64,000 nucleotides of DNA from Eledone cirrhosa. Taxonomy: Eukaryota. Position 1 is the stretch's first letter. Every line of letters begins with the position of its first letter. Below the pieces are notes generated by a model. That model saw only the letters and a list, made by a program, of their open reading frames with translations, ran no database searches and had not been told where the DNA came from. Below, piece after piece: positions 40,063 to 54,220 of this stretch. Position numbers and translations under genes: made by a program. Location: positions 94,488,001 to 94,552,000 of the forward strand of contig OZ024740.1 in NCBI GenBank assembly GCA_964016885.1, read 5' to 3'.

Positions 40063-40136
40063 CATATATATATTATATATATATATGTATATATGTGTAT
40101 ATAGTTATATATATATGCATATATATATATATATGC

Positions 40137-40174
<38 letters not shown>

Positions 40175-40202
40175 TTTTATTTTTTATATATTTAAGAAAA
40201 AC

Positions 40203-40248
<46 letters not shown>

Positions 40249-40334
40249 GTATTTATATATATATATATGTATATATATCTATATCTATAAGTAAGTATGC
40301 TTTTGAAAGAGTAAACGAGTTGGAAATTAGAAAT

Positions 40335-40555
40335 ATAAGCTATCACTCTATTTTGCCTAAAGTAACTTTTAGCCTGAAAGTGGAGTTTAGAACCGTCAGA
40401 GAAATGGAAAAAGATGAGTATTGAACAAAAGATGAGTATTGACATACATGGGACCCATTTACGTCGATACTCATCTTTTTATATTTCTATGAGGGTTCTA
40501 AACCCCATTATCAGTCTAAAAATTACTTTAGTCAAAATGCGGTGAGAGCTTATAA
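40335..40555. repeat. Imperfect ~220-bp palindrome
   Basis: tataagct...taaagtaa...tttagaacc...aaaagatgagtat pairs with atactcatctttt...ggttctaaa...ttacttta...agcttata. Confidence 0.7.
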
Positions 40556-40856
40556 ATGTATACATATATATATATTTATATATTCCGCTCATCTCAATTA
40601 TATATGTATATATATATATATATATAAACATAAATTATCGAGATTCGCATTTCGGTCCACGAAATAACGAAAATCAACCTTCGAGATGTGAGGCAAGTGC
40701 GCAAATGTTCAGATGAACCAGAGCTATAACAAACGTTAAACGCCAAACACACTGAGACGATGGTTAAACAATCATTCGCATAGCCCCAAAAAACTATCAA
40801 GTAATTCGGGTATTAAAAATGTATATATATATATATATATATATTCCGCTCACCTC

Positions 40857-40912
<56 letters not shown>

Positions 40913-40924
40913 TATATATATATA

Positions 40925-41782
40925 TCACATTTGAATTCGATCCTGAAAGGTCTTTTTTCTAAGCGCTCATATATTCACCTAGCTTATGCTAACAGAATAA
41001 CTATGAAGCTTGTTCCCTTCCTTCTACGGTTAGCTATCCTCTTTGTTGTTATCTTGTTTCACTCGCTTTACGCGTTTTAGTTGTCCTAATAACTTAATTT
41101 AGTTATTATTGCACCGACGTGAGGTATATGATTTTTAATGCAATGAAATATCTATGATCGTCGGCAAATCATTGATGAGGGACTTATTTTATTACATGTT
41201 ATCCATGTGCAACCAGCAGTATTCTTCTCCCCATTTTTTCACATATATTTACCTACTGCGATTCTGTTTTTTTCTCTCGCTCTCTCTCTCTTACTGCTCC
41301 CTCGCTCTCTCTGTTTCTCCTACTTTCTTTAGCCCCCTCTGTCATGTCAGTTAACTCTTCCTCACACTTCCACTCACTCACTCACCGTTTCTCCTCTTCT
41401 CACTTCACCCCGTTCGCGACGAAATCATTTTCTCTCTTTCTCACATTTGAATTCGATCCTGAAAGGTCTTTTTTCTAAGCGCTCATATATTCACCTAGCT
41501 TATGCTAACAGAATAACTATGAAGCTTGTTCCCTTCCTTCTACGGTTAGCTATCCTCTTTGTTTTTATCTTGTTTCACTCGCTTTACGCGTTTTAATTGT
41601 CCTAATAACTTAATTTAGTTATTATTGCACCGACGTGAGGTATATGATTCTTAATGCAATGAAATATCTATGATCGTCGGCAAATCACTGATGAGGGACT
41701 TATTTTATTACATGTTATCCATGTGCAACCAGCAGTATTCTTCTCCCCATTTTTTCACATATATTTACCTACTGCGATTCTG

Positions 41783-41866
<84 letters not shown>

Positions 41867-44800
41867 TGCTCCCTCGCTCTCTCTGTTTCTCCTACTTTCT
41901 TTAGCCCCCTCTGTCATGTCAGTTAACTCTTCGTGATACTTCCACTCACTCTCTCACCGTTTCTCCTCTTCTCACTTCACCCCGTTCGCGACGAAATCGT
42001 TTTCTCTCTTTCTCACATTTGAATTCGATCCTGAAAGGTCTATTTTCTAAGCGCTCATATATTCACCTAGCTTATGCTAACAGAATAACTATGAAGCTTG
42101 TTCCCTTCCTTCTACGGTTAGCTATCCTCTTTGTTGTTATCTTGTTTCACTCGCTTTGCGCGTTTTAATTGTCCTAATAATTATAATTTAGTTATTATTG
42201 CACCGACGTGAGGTATATGATTTTTAATGCAATGAAATATCTATGATCGTCGGCAAATCACTGATGAGGGACTTATTTTATTACATGTTATCCATGTGCA
42301 ACCAGCAGTATTCTTCTCCCCATTTTTTCACATATATTTACCTACTACGATTATGTTTTGTTCTCTCTCTCTCTCTCTCTCTCTCTTACTGCTCCCTCGC
42401 TCTCTCTGTTTCTCCTACTTTCTTTAGCCCCCTCTGTCATGTCAGTTAACTCTTCCTCACACTTCCACTCACTCACTCACCGTTTCTCCTCTTCTCACTT
42501 CACCCCGTTCGCGACGAAATCATTTTCTCTCTTTCTCACATTTGAATTCGATCCTGAAAGGTATATTTTCTAAGCGCTCATATATTCACCTAGCTTATGC
42601 TAACAGAATAACTATGAAGCTTGTTCCCTTCCTTCTACGGTTAGCTATCCTCTTTGTTGTTATCTTGTTTCACTCGCTTTACGCGTTTCAGTTGTCCTAA
42701 TAACTTAATTTAGTTATTATTGCACCGACGTGAGGTATATGATTTTTAATGCAATGGAATATCTATGATCGTCGGCAAATCATTGATGAGGGACTTATTT
42801 TATTACATGTTATCCATGTGCAACCAGCAGTATTCTTCTCCCTATTTTTTCACATATATTTACCTACTGCGATTCTGTTTTTTTCTCTCGCTCTCTCTCT
42901 CTTACTGCTCCCTCGCTCTCTCTGTTTCTCCTACTTTCTTTAGCCCCCTCTGTCATGTCAGATAACTCTTCCTCACACTTCCACTAACTCACTCACCGTT
43001 TCTCCTATTCTCACTTCACCCCGTTCGCGACGAAATCATTTTCTCTCTTTCTCACATTTGAATTCGATCCCGAATGGTCTTTTTTCTAAGCGCTCATATA
43101 TTCACCTAGCTTATGCTAACAGAATAACTATGAAGCTTGTTCCCTTCCTTCTACGGTTAGCTATCCTCTTTGTTGTTATCTTGTTTCACTCGCTTTACGC
43201 ATTTTAATTGTCCTAATAACTTAATTTAGTTATTATTGCACCGACGTGAGGTATATGATTTTTAATGCAATGAAATATCTATGATCGTCGGCAAATCACT
43301 GATGAGGGACTTATTTTATTACATGTTATCCATGTGCAACCAGCAGTATTCTTCTCCCCATTTTTTCACATATATTTACCTACTGCGATTCTGTTTTTCT
43401 CTCTCTCTCTCTCTCTCTCTCTTACTGCTCCCTCGCTCTCTCTGTTTCTCCTACTTTCTTTAGCCCCCTCTGTCATGTCAGTTAACTCTTCGTGACACTT
43501 CCACTCACTCTCTCACCGTTTCTCCTCTTCTCACTTCACCCCGTTCGCGACGAAATCATTTTCTCTCTTTCTCACATTTGAATTCGATCCTGAAAGGTCT
43601 TTTTTCTAAGCGCTCATACATTCACCTAGCTTATGCTAACAGAATAACTATGAAGCTTGTTCCCTTCCTTCTACGGTTAGCTATCCTCTTTGTTGTTATC
43701 TTGTTTCACTCGCTTTACGCGTTTTAATTGTCCTAATAACTTAATTTAGTTATTATTGCACCGACGTGAGGTATATGATTTTTAATGCAATGAAATATCT
43801 ATGATCGTCGGCAAATCACTGATGAGGGACTTATTTTATTACATGTTATCCATGTACAACCAGCAGTATTCTTCTGCCCATATTTTCACATATATTTACC
43901 TACTGCGATTCTGTTTTTTTTCTCTCTCTCTCTTTCTCTCTCTTACTGCTCCCTCGCTCTCTCTGTTTCTCCTACTTTCTTTAGCCCCCTCTGTCATGTC
44001 AGTTAACTCTTCGTGACACTTCCACTCACTCTCTCACCGTTTCTCCTCTTCTCACTTCACCCCGTTCGCGACGAAATCATTTTCTCTCTTTCTCACATTT
44101 GAATTCGATCCTGAAAGGTCTTTTTTCTAAGCGCTCATATATTCACCTAGCTTATGCTAACAGAATAACTATGAAGCTTGTTCCCTTCCTTCTACGGTTA
44201 GCTATCCTCTTTGTTGTTATCTTGTTTCACTCGCTTTACGCGTTTTAATTGTCCTAATAACTTAATTTAGTTATTATTGCACCGACGTGAGGTATATGAT
44301 TTTTAATGCAATGAAATATCTATGATCGTCGGCAAATCACTGATGAGGGACTTATTTTATTACATGTTATCCATGTACAACCAGCAGTATTCTTCTGCCC
44401 ATTTTTTCACATATATTTACCTACTGCGATTCTGTTTTTTTTCTCTCTCTCTCTCTCTCTCTTACTGCTCCCATTGCTCTCTCTGTTTCTCCTACTTTCT
44501 TTAGCCCCCTCTGTCATGTCAGTTAACTCTTCCTCACACTTGCACTCACTCACTCACCGTTTCTCCTCTTCTCACTTCACCCCGTTCGCGACGAAATCAT
44601 TTTCTCTCTTTCTCACATTTGAATTCGATCCTGAAAGGTCTTTTTTCTTAGCGCTCATATATTCACCTAGCTTATGCTAACAGAATAACTATGAAGCTTG
44701 TTCCCTTCCTTCTACGGTTAGCTATCCTCTTTGTTGTTATCTTGTTTCACTCGCTTTACGCGTTTTAATTGTCCTAATAACTTAATTTAGTTATTATTGC

Positions 44801-45476
44801 ACCGACGTGAGGTATATGATTTTTAATGCAATGAAATATCTATGATCGTCGGCAAATCACTGATGAGGGACTTATTTTATTACATGTTATCCATGTGCAA
44901 CCAGCAGTATTCTTCTCCCCATTTCTTCACATATATTTACCTACTGCGATTCTGTTTTTTTCTCTCTCTCTCTCTCTCTCTCTCTTACTGCTCCCTCGCT
45001 CTCTCTGTTTCTCCTACTTTCTTTAGCCCCCTCTGTCATGTCAGTTAACTCTTCCTCACACTTCCACTCACTCACTCACCGTTTCTCCTCTTCTCACTTC
45101 ACCCCGTTCGCGACGAAATCATTTTCTCTCTTTCTCACATTTGAATTCGATCCTGAAAGGTCTTTTTTCTAAGTGCTCATATATTCACCTAGCTTATGCT
45201 AACAGAATAACTATGAAGCCTGTTCCCTTCCTTCTACGGTTAGCTATCCTGTTTGTTGTTATCTTGTTTCACTCGCTTTACGCGTTTTAATTGTCCTAAT
45301 AACTTAATTTAGTTATTATTGCACCGACGTGAGGTATATGATTTTTAATGCAATGAAATATCTATGATCGTCGGCAAATCACTGATGAGGGACTTATTTT
45401 ATTACATGTTATCCATGTGCAACCAGCAGTATTCTTCTCCCCATTTTTTCACATATATTTCCCTACTGCGATTCTG

Positions 45477-45552
<76 letters not shown>

Positions 45553-47045
45553 TGCTCCCTCGCTCTCTCTGTTTCTCCTACTTTCTTTAGCCCCCTCTGT
45601 CATGTCAGTTAACTCTTCGTGACACTTCCACTCACTCTCTCACCGTTTCTCCTCTTCTCACTTCACCCCGTTCGCGACGAAATCATTTTCTCTCTTTCTC
45701 ACATTTGAATTCGATCCTGAAAGGTCTTTTTTCTAAGCGCTCATATATTCACCTAGCTTATGCTAACAGAATAACTATGAAGCTTGTTCCCTTCCTTCTA
45801 CGGTTAGCTATCCTCTTTGTTGTTATCTTGTTTCACTCGCTTTACGCGTTTTAATTGTCCTAATAACTTAATTTAGTTATTATTGCACCGACGTGAGGTA
45901 TATGATTTTTAATGCAATGAAATATCTATGATCGTCGGCAAATCACTGATGAGGGACTTATTTTATTACATGTTATCCATGTACAACCAGCAGTATTCTT
46001 CTGCCCATTTTTTCACATATATTTACCTACTGCGATTCTGTTTTTTTTCTCTCTCTCTCTCTCTCTCTTACTGCTCCCATTGCTCTCTCTGTTTCTCCTA
46101 CTTTCTTTAGCCCCCTCTGTCATGTCAGTTAACTCTTCCTCACACTTGCACTCACTCACTCACCGTTTCTCCTCTTCTCACTTCACCCCGTTCGCGACGA
46201 AATCATTTTCTCTCTTTCTCACATTTGAATTCGATCCTGAAAGGTCTTTTTTCTTAGCGCTCATATATTCACCTAGCTTATGCTAACAGAATAACTATGA
46301 AGCTTGTTCCCTTCCTTCTACGGTTAGCTATCCTCTTTGTTGTTATCTTGTTTCACTCGCTTTACGCGTTTTAATTGTCCTAATAACTTAATTTAGTTAT
46401 TATTGCACCGACGTGAGGTATATGATTTTTAATGCAATGAAATATCTATGATCGTCGGCAAATCACTGATGAGGGACTTATTTTATTACATGTTATCCAT
46501 GTGCAACCAGCAGTATTCTTCTCCCCATTTCTTCACATATATTTACCTACTGCGATTCTGTTTTTTTCTCTCTCTCTCTCTCTCTCTCTCTTACTGCTCC
46601 CTCGCTCTCTCTGTTTCTCCTACTTTCTTTAGCCCCCTCTGTCATGTCAGTTAACTCTTCCTCACACTTCCACTCACTCACTCACCGTTTCTCCTCTTCT
46701 CACTTCACCCCGTTCGCGACGAAATCATTTTCTCTCTTTCTCACATTTGAATTCGATCCTGAAAGGTCTTTTTTCTAAGTGCTCATATATTCACCTAGCT
46801 TATGCTAACAGAATAACTATGAAGCCTGTTCCCTTCCTTCTACGGTTAGCTATCCTGTTTGTTGTTATCTTGTTTCACTCGCTTTACGCGTTTTAATTGT
46901 CCTAATAACTTAATTTAGTTATTATTGCACCGACGTGAGGTATATGATTTTTAATGCAATGAAATATCTATGATCGTCGGCAGATGAGGGACTTATTTTA
47001 TTACATGTTATCCATGTGCAACCAGCAGTATTCTTCTCCCCATTT

Positions 47046-47050
<5 letters not shown>
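40925..47050 (+). repeat. Tandem array of ~520-bp units (11 full plus one partial), flanked by (TA)n
   Basis: tcacatttgaattcgatcc starts at about 40925, 41441, 42013, 42536, 43052, 43572, 44093, 44613, 45135, 45699, 46219 and 46741; the internal (CT)n varies in length. Confidence 0.97.
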
Positions 47051-47091
<41 letters not shown>

Positions 47092-47217
47092 AAAGTTATA
47101 TTTAAATTGTTGGGTTACAACTAGTAAATATTTATAACTGATATAAAAGCACTCAACAAGTATTTGGAGTATATTTACGATATTAAATAAATGGAAAATA
47201 TATTTATAAAACAATAT

Positions 47218-47284
47218 TTATTTCATTATATATATTTCAGTGATATCATATTAACAATATGTTATGCCTTCTTCAGACAAAATA
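47218..47284 (-). ncRNA. Type-I hammerhead ribozyme
   Basis: Minus strand: tattttgt-CTGAAGA-aggcataacatatt.gtt.aatatgatatcact-GAAA-tatata-TA-atgaaaa. Confidence 0.7.
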
Positions 47285-48599
47285 CAATATAGACAGTTTT
47301 ATAGATAAATAGATTTGACATACCGTTCAACATCGACTTGTATTTGAAAAAGTTGATTTGGCAGTGAAAAATTGTAAACAGAAAGAAAGAAAGAAAGAAA
47401 GAAGGAAAGAAAGAAAGAAAACGAAGAAAAAGAAGAAAAAGAAGAAATGCATGCAACAAAATAGAGAGATGGAAAAATAGATAAAGAGAAGAACTTCATG
47501 TAAAGAAACAGAGAGAGATATATAGAGAGAGGAAATAGATAGAGATAGATAGATATAGAGAAAAGTAGGTAGTTGAACGACGTATCAATGATACATTTAT
47601 TTATTTATTTATTTATTTAGCTCTAGTATTAAAGTAAGGGAGATATATGTGGTTAGGAAAGAAACCAGCCGTTATATAGAGAGAAAAATGAAAAGTAACC
47701 AGACATAGGCGAGGCAGAATTTAAAAACCCTATGTTTTAATGTAGAAATATTAGTTCGTATAAAAACCAGGCACTATAATGTAAATATCAGTATTCCTGA
47801 CGCGTATCTATAATGTGTGAAAGTAATGATCTTATGTCTAGTTTTAAAAAATTCATATGTTTATATGATAACTACAAACATCGATGTGAATTTACGTGAT
47901 CAACTCTGCAAACCCTTATTTCACACGGAGAACATTCTCATTGTGCTATAAAAATTTAAGTATACATATATGTGTATATATACACATATATATAGAGTCT
48001 ATATTAATTTTAACAATACTATTCTTGTCTTTACTCTACATGATTATCTATCAAGCAGAAATAGAGGACAGATTTCAATATATTAATTAAAATATCAGAA
48101 ACAAAAACAAAAAATAATAATAATAATAATAATAAACAAATAAATAAAATAGAAAACTAAAAAATATTACATATTAAAAATGAAAATATTAAAAATATTA
48201 AAAAATATTAAAATAATAAAAATAAAAAACATAATATGCCACGCAAATCGACCACAAAGATCAACCCTTCAAAATTAATTGACAATATATTGCCAAGTTC
48301 ATTATAAGCATCAGAGTCGAAAACAGATAAAGCTAAACATTATTTACCAAATCGCGTCTAGCAGAAATCATTTCAAAAGTTTAGGATGCCCATGTGGTCT
48401 ACATATGTTCTTATATTTAATATAGAAGTTTATCTAGTGTAACGTTTATTCGATATATTTGGAGCATCAACTTTTAGGGAAGTTTAATTTTTCATGAAGA
48501 ATGTTTAAAATAAAAAAAAAAATAAAAATAAAAAGAAGAATAAAAAGAAGAAATCGAAAGATTTATCGGCTAGTTTCCCAAATAATTACAAATCAAACT

Positions 48600-50720
48600 T
48601 AATATACTACATTTTAAATTTAAATTTATATTTAAAAGTTGAGTTCAATCTATGTTTGCAGCAACTGAATAAATTTGTCCGTAGATTAAGGGAATTTTTA
48701 GATTTTAGTATAAAGAATATCTCCTCCGCGCAGAGGTCACATGTCTCAGAGGATGAATTAAAAGGAATCCCTCTTGGGACTATATTCCAAGCCGTCGAAT
48801 ATCTAACGATATCTTGCCTAGGTTGCCAGAGTACGCCTGATAGTGCTGTTGAAGATTTTTTGCTTGGATCTGTAAAAGAATTCTTGTGGTTATTATAGCG
48901 AAGTTTAAATTCCGTCGATGTGGAACCGACGTAGTTAAAAGAATTAGAGTCCGTTTTAACATTACAGTTGTATATTATATTTTTAACTAAGCAGTTGTTA
49001 TTTAACGGACATTTAGATCTATCTCTACAGTTACATTTGTTAACTTGTATATTATTTATGCTATTATCGCTAGGTTTTAAGTTCTTATTATTTATTCTAT
49101 TAATATTTTGTGCTAAATTTTTGGTGGATGAGTAGGTTAATTTTATAGTATGTCTATTGAAAATTGAGTGATACCTATGTGTTCTAGGGAAGCGATTATC
49201 AAGAGCTTTAAAAAATAGTTTAGCGATGTGGGTTTTAATGTTTAGTGAGAAAGGGGGGGAAAACCATATTATGTTCCTAGTTCTATTTCTTTTTTGGCTT
49301 TTGGAATTATTGTAATGCTTTCTATTATAGTTGTTAAGGTTGTGGCCGTATTAAAATAGTTGTTATTTTGTTTAGTTTGTCTATCATTATCTATGTACCT
49401 AATCGTATCACTATATCCTGCTCTAGCTAACGCTTCATTGTAGTACTGGGCTTTTTCGTCGAAAATCTTTCTATTAGACGAGATTCTAGAGATACGTTTT
49501 TGAACAGAGTTTACTATAGTGTTTTTGACAGATCTGGGGTGGTTAGAGTTTTAGCTGACATAGTTTAAGTTTTCATTCAACTTGTGAAATGGATAGTGAA
49601 GACATGTGTTGAGATTTAATGTTATATCTAGGAAATTGACTATTCTATGGTTGTTCTCAATTTCTATTTTTAGATTAAAGTAATTAAAAAATTGTGTAAT
49701 TTGTTTTCTTTTTCTATTTAGTTCAGAGTTATTATTATCAATAAGTAAAAGCATGTCATCTCTATATAAACCTCCGGTAGTACCAGGTATTTTCCTATGT
49801 AGCGAATTGATTAAAAATAAGCCCACAAGGTCAGTTACCTGAGCTGAGTCGGATGATCCCATAGTAATGTCAAAATTGCTATCTCTATCTGCTCTGGTCC
49901 ATAGTTGGTCTTTAAATTCTATCAATGTTTTCCTAGCCGATAATATAATGTGCATTTCATTGCTAGTTAGGTCTGTATGTTTGAATGCGTAATTTAGTGC
50001 CTTATTTAGTAGATTAGAGGTAATAGAAGAATAATAGTTAGCAATATCAAGTTGAATAAACTTATTATTATTGTTATATTTAATTTGCTTAAACCACTCA
50101 ACAACTTCTCCAGTTCCCTTCCACAAGCTCAGGTTAGGTAAACAATCCAAGTTTTTAATTTGCTGTATCACCCTGTCAAGAATGTTTTTGCTTAATTTGC
50201 CCAGGTCCGATTTTGATGGTGCGATCAATCTAACTGGCAAGTCATTTTCAAAATTCCTTTTGTGATCTTTCATACTGATCTTCGGTTTCCTGGGCACGAA
50301 AGGTTGTGTTCTGTTCTCAATTTCCAACTCGTGCATTATACAAGATGCTTCAACATTCATTTTCTCAAGCTTGGCCTTATCTGCTACCTTGTACTTTTTC
50401 CTCAGTTCCTTCAGTATGAGGCCATTATACATGTCTTTCTGCACTCCATAGAGGTTGTTGGTCTTGTCAGATTTCACCAAGATCTTCTCAGTTTTCTCTA
50501 AGCTCTCAATATTATCCTTAATGCCTTTCAGATATTCCTGGCCTTTGAAGTTTCTCTTGAATTTGACCCCTTGTATGATAGAAATTATATCGTTTTCAAA
50601 GTCAGATAAAAGTTTGTTAGGGGGTGGATTTCTTTTAGATTTGAAAACTTTCTTTAAGTCCGAGACATTTTCATTTATATTAGATTTATCAAAGTGGAAT
50701 GCTCGCCACCAGGTGCACAA
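48600..50720 (-). pseudogene. PLE polyprotein (RT plus GIY-YIG) with a stop at 49551 and a downstream frameshift
   Basis: IQLDIANYYSSI, DITMGSSDSAQVTDLVG, LYRDD and NFLDITLNL, followed by WFSPPFS, CNCRDRSKCPLNNNC, YVGSTSTEFKLRYNNH and CDLC. Confidence 0.92.
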
Positions 50721-52570
50721 ATATATCGAATAAACGTTACACTAGATAAACTTCTATATTAAATATAAGAACATATGTAGACCAAATGGGCATCCTAAAC
50801 TTTTGAAATGATTTCTGCTAGACGCGATTTGGTAAATAATGTTTAGCTTTATCTGTTTTCGACTCTGATGCTTATAATGAACTTGGCAATATATTGTCAA
50901 TTAATTTTGAAGGGTTGATCTTTGTGGTCGATTTGCGTGGCATATTATGTTTTTTATTTTTATTATTTTAATATTTTTTAATATTTTTAATATTTTCATT
51001 TTTAATATGTAATATATTTTAGTTTTCTATTTTATTTATTTGTTTATTATTATTATTATTATTATTTTTTGTTTTTGTTTCTGATATTTTTATTAATATA
51101 TTGAAATCTGTCCTCTATTTCTGCTTGATAGATAATCATGTAGAGTAAAGACAAGAATAGTATTGTTAAAATTAATATAGACTCTATATATATGTGTATA
51201 TATACACATATATGTATACTTAAATTTTTATAGCACAATGAGAATGTTCTCCGTGTGAAATAAGGGTTTGCAGAGTTGATCACGTAAATTCACATCGATG
51301 TTTGTAGTTATCATATAAACATATGAATTTTTTAAAACTAGACATAAGATCATTACTTTTCACACATTATAGATACGTGTCTCATTCAGGAATACTGATA
51401 TTTACATTATAGTGCCTGGTTTTTATACGAACTAATATTTCTACATTAAAACATAGGGTTTTTAAATTCTGCCTCGCCTATGTCTGGTTACTTTTCATTT
51501 TTCTCTCTATATAACGGCTGGTTTCTTTCCTAACCACATATATCTCCCTTACATTAATACTAGAGCTAAATAAATAAATAAATAAATAAATGTATCATTG
51601 ACACGTCGTTCAACTACCTACTTTTCTCTATATCTATCTATCTCTATCTATTTCCTCTCTATATATATCTCTCTCTGTTTCTTTACATGAAGTTCTTCTC
51701 TTTATCTATTTTTCCATCTCTCTATTTTGTTGCATGCATTTCTTCTTTTTCTTCTTTTTCTTTGTTTTCTTTCTTTCTTTCCTTCTTTCTTTCTTTCTTT
51801 CTTTCTGTTTACAATTTTTCGGTCGTGCCAGTTATTAAGCCATGCGTGAGATCGCACGCATTTGCGATAGATCAGCCTGCCGGTTCTAAATCCAAGGTTT
51901 TGCTGTATAGGATATATTGGTAAAAAAAGTCCAGTTTTGGACTTGACTGGGGTGGCATATTGTGTCTCTCGCTATTATCCCCTCCTCTCACCAATTCCAA
52001 GTTCACACGCGACTGGTTAAGTACTAAGGTCTGTCCCCTCTTTGTTTGTTGTTATATGTAGTAGGGGTCGTTTCGAGCTTAGATGGTGGTCGTATTATCC
52101 ATGTTGCTTCTATAGCCCGTCAGTTATGCACATTCAAGATATATCACGGTGTGTATGCAGATATTTGCGGGTATGGTCCGGCCTCTATGCTATCTAAAGG
52201 ATCTCTCTTGTGGCATTTTCAAATTCGCATCCGAATTTGAAAATGCCACAAGAGAGAAACTTATTTGGGTTTTGAAATTCAAATTTATCTGCGGAACAGG
52301 TTTGGATTTTGAAATTAAAATTTCTCCAGGTATCACGGCTATTTGCCAATCTGGGTTTGTTTTTATTGATTTATTATTTTAAAACTAGACAGGCAAAGTA
52401 TATTTTATTTGAATTAGTTTATTTCATTCTAGCAAACTTCGTCTTTTGCAATACAAACACTTTGGTGTTTATCATATATTAATTTATATTAACTTGTATT
52501 TCTCGGCTCAGAAATAATTCTTTCTTTGAGCTAATTAATTGTAAAGGACTGTTTGAGTTTATAACTCTGA

Positions 52571-52617
<47 letters not shown>

Positions 52618-52795
52618 TAATTGACATGAGCGGTAGAAGCAAACATTACACAATGTTTAAAATAAATTAAATTACGGTTTAAATATTCACCTGCCCAAAA
52701 TGCTATTACCGAGTATTTAACATATATTTGTCCCCATCGAGCACTCTTTGGATTTTAGTATTTACATTTATTATTATGACTACATAGATAAGTCT

Positions 52796-52883
<88 letters not shown>

Positions 52884-52899
52884 CTGTGTGTGTAGATAA

Positions 52900-54170
52900 A
52901 TCTACCAACATATATGGTAGTGTCCAATCCGTATGAAGAACTCACTGTAATCCAAATATCATGAAAGGAGATGTATTCAACAATTTTTTCGATGAAAATC
53001 ACAGGAAAACAGTGTCAAGATAAATTAATAAAAAGAATGAATAAAAACAAAGAAACAGTTCCTTATATTAAAAATATTCTTCATTTTATGATCGTTTCTA
53101 GGATATATATGTTAGTGTTGGTATGTATATCATATAGATCTATGTAAAAATTGTACAAACTATCAGCGGGAATATACATACCTACACAAATATATGCTGT
53201 CTTCAGAAATAATGATATTTGTTTATTGAAAAAAAACAACAAAGATTTAATATAATAGGTCTGTTTGGGAACAGGTTTTTAATTGAACAATAGAAAAGCA
53301 GTAAGTGGTCAAGTTGCTAGATTAGTAGTAGTAGACATTTAATTTAGGGGTAGAGGGATGCAGACTTCAGTTTTGAATACAAATAATATTTTGAATGAAA
53401 AGATTACTTTGGGGATGAATAGAGGTCAAGCGGGGTGAAAGGTACATTAAAATTAGATGTTATTAAAGAATAATGCTAATGTTAACATCGAAGGAGAATA
53501 ACATTTCATGATAAATGTGTTAGTGAGAAATACCAATCTTATTTAAAACATAAGGAATTTAGATCTATAAAAAGAAATTAAATTAATTTATTTCATAGAT
53601 ATATTTATACGGATAAATTTATATTAATTCATATAGATGTGATAAATAAGAGTTAGATGTTATTAAAGAATTTTGTTAAAAACGAAGGAAAACATTTTTT
53701 GGGGGATAAATGTATTAGTGAGAAATAACAAACTCATATAGACTACAAGGGATTTAGATTTATAACAGGAAATTAAAATAGTTTATATGTTTAATTATAG
53801 GTATTAATTCTAGAAAAAGATAGCTGTAAAAGGGAAATAAAATTATGAAGTTCTCAGTAGTAAAATAGTAATTATAGGTTAACTAAATTTAAAAAAAAGA
53901 AAAACTAATTATAATAATTTGTAAAATATAAGTGTATATTAATTAGGTTTATAATTTTCGAAATTTCTACTAATTCTATGATTGCACGATATAATTAATT
54001 CTTGTATATTCCCTCTGATAGTTTGTAACATTTTTACATAGATCTATATGATATACATACCAACACACACATATATATCCTAGAAACGATCGTAAAAAAA
54101 AAAATGATGAATTTTTTAATATAAGGAACTGTTTCTTTGTTTTTATTTATTGTTTTTATTAATTTATATA
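52900..54170 (-). mobile_element. PLE 3' end (family of 3237-5345) with a short inverted 5' copy (54004-54170)
   Basis: Reverse complement of ~3730-5330 without the SINE; the inverted piece starts inside HHR stem II. Confidence 0.87.
53081..53215 (-). ncRNA. Hammerhead with long stem II (uninterrupted paralogue of 5025)
   Basis: Minus strand: tcattattt-CTGAAGA-cagcatata...tatatccta-GAAA-cgatca-TA-aaatga. Confidence 0.68.
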
Positions 54171-54186
54171 TATATATATTTTATTA

Positions 54187-54220
<34 letters not shown>

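Larger units (their letters stand above)
47090..51820 (-). mobile_element. Near full-length Penelope-type element with a 1.1-kb inverted 5' repeat
   Basis: RT and GIY-YIG lie at ~48600-50720. 47366-48461 and 50718-51820 are near-identical inverted copies. An HHR lies near the 3' end. Confidence 0.95.

Noticed and set aside
41154-46654. Repeated 60-88-aa ORF MIVGKSLMRDLFYY... as a tandem gene family
   Set aside because: The frame shifts freely with (CT)n length and no protein motif is present; it is a by-product of the tandem array.
40925-47050. CRISPR-like array
   Set aside because: The units are identical along their full ~520 bp, with no unique spacers and no cas genes, in a eukaryotic context.
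47366-51820. DNA transposon with long TIRs
   Set aside because: The interior encodes PLE RT and GIY-YIG, and one arm continues into the HHR-bearing 3' end, so the arms are inverted pseudo-LTRs.
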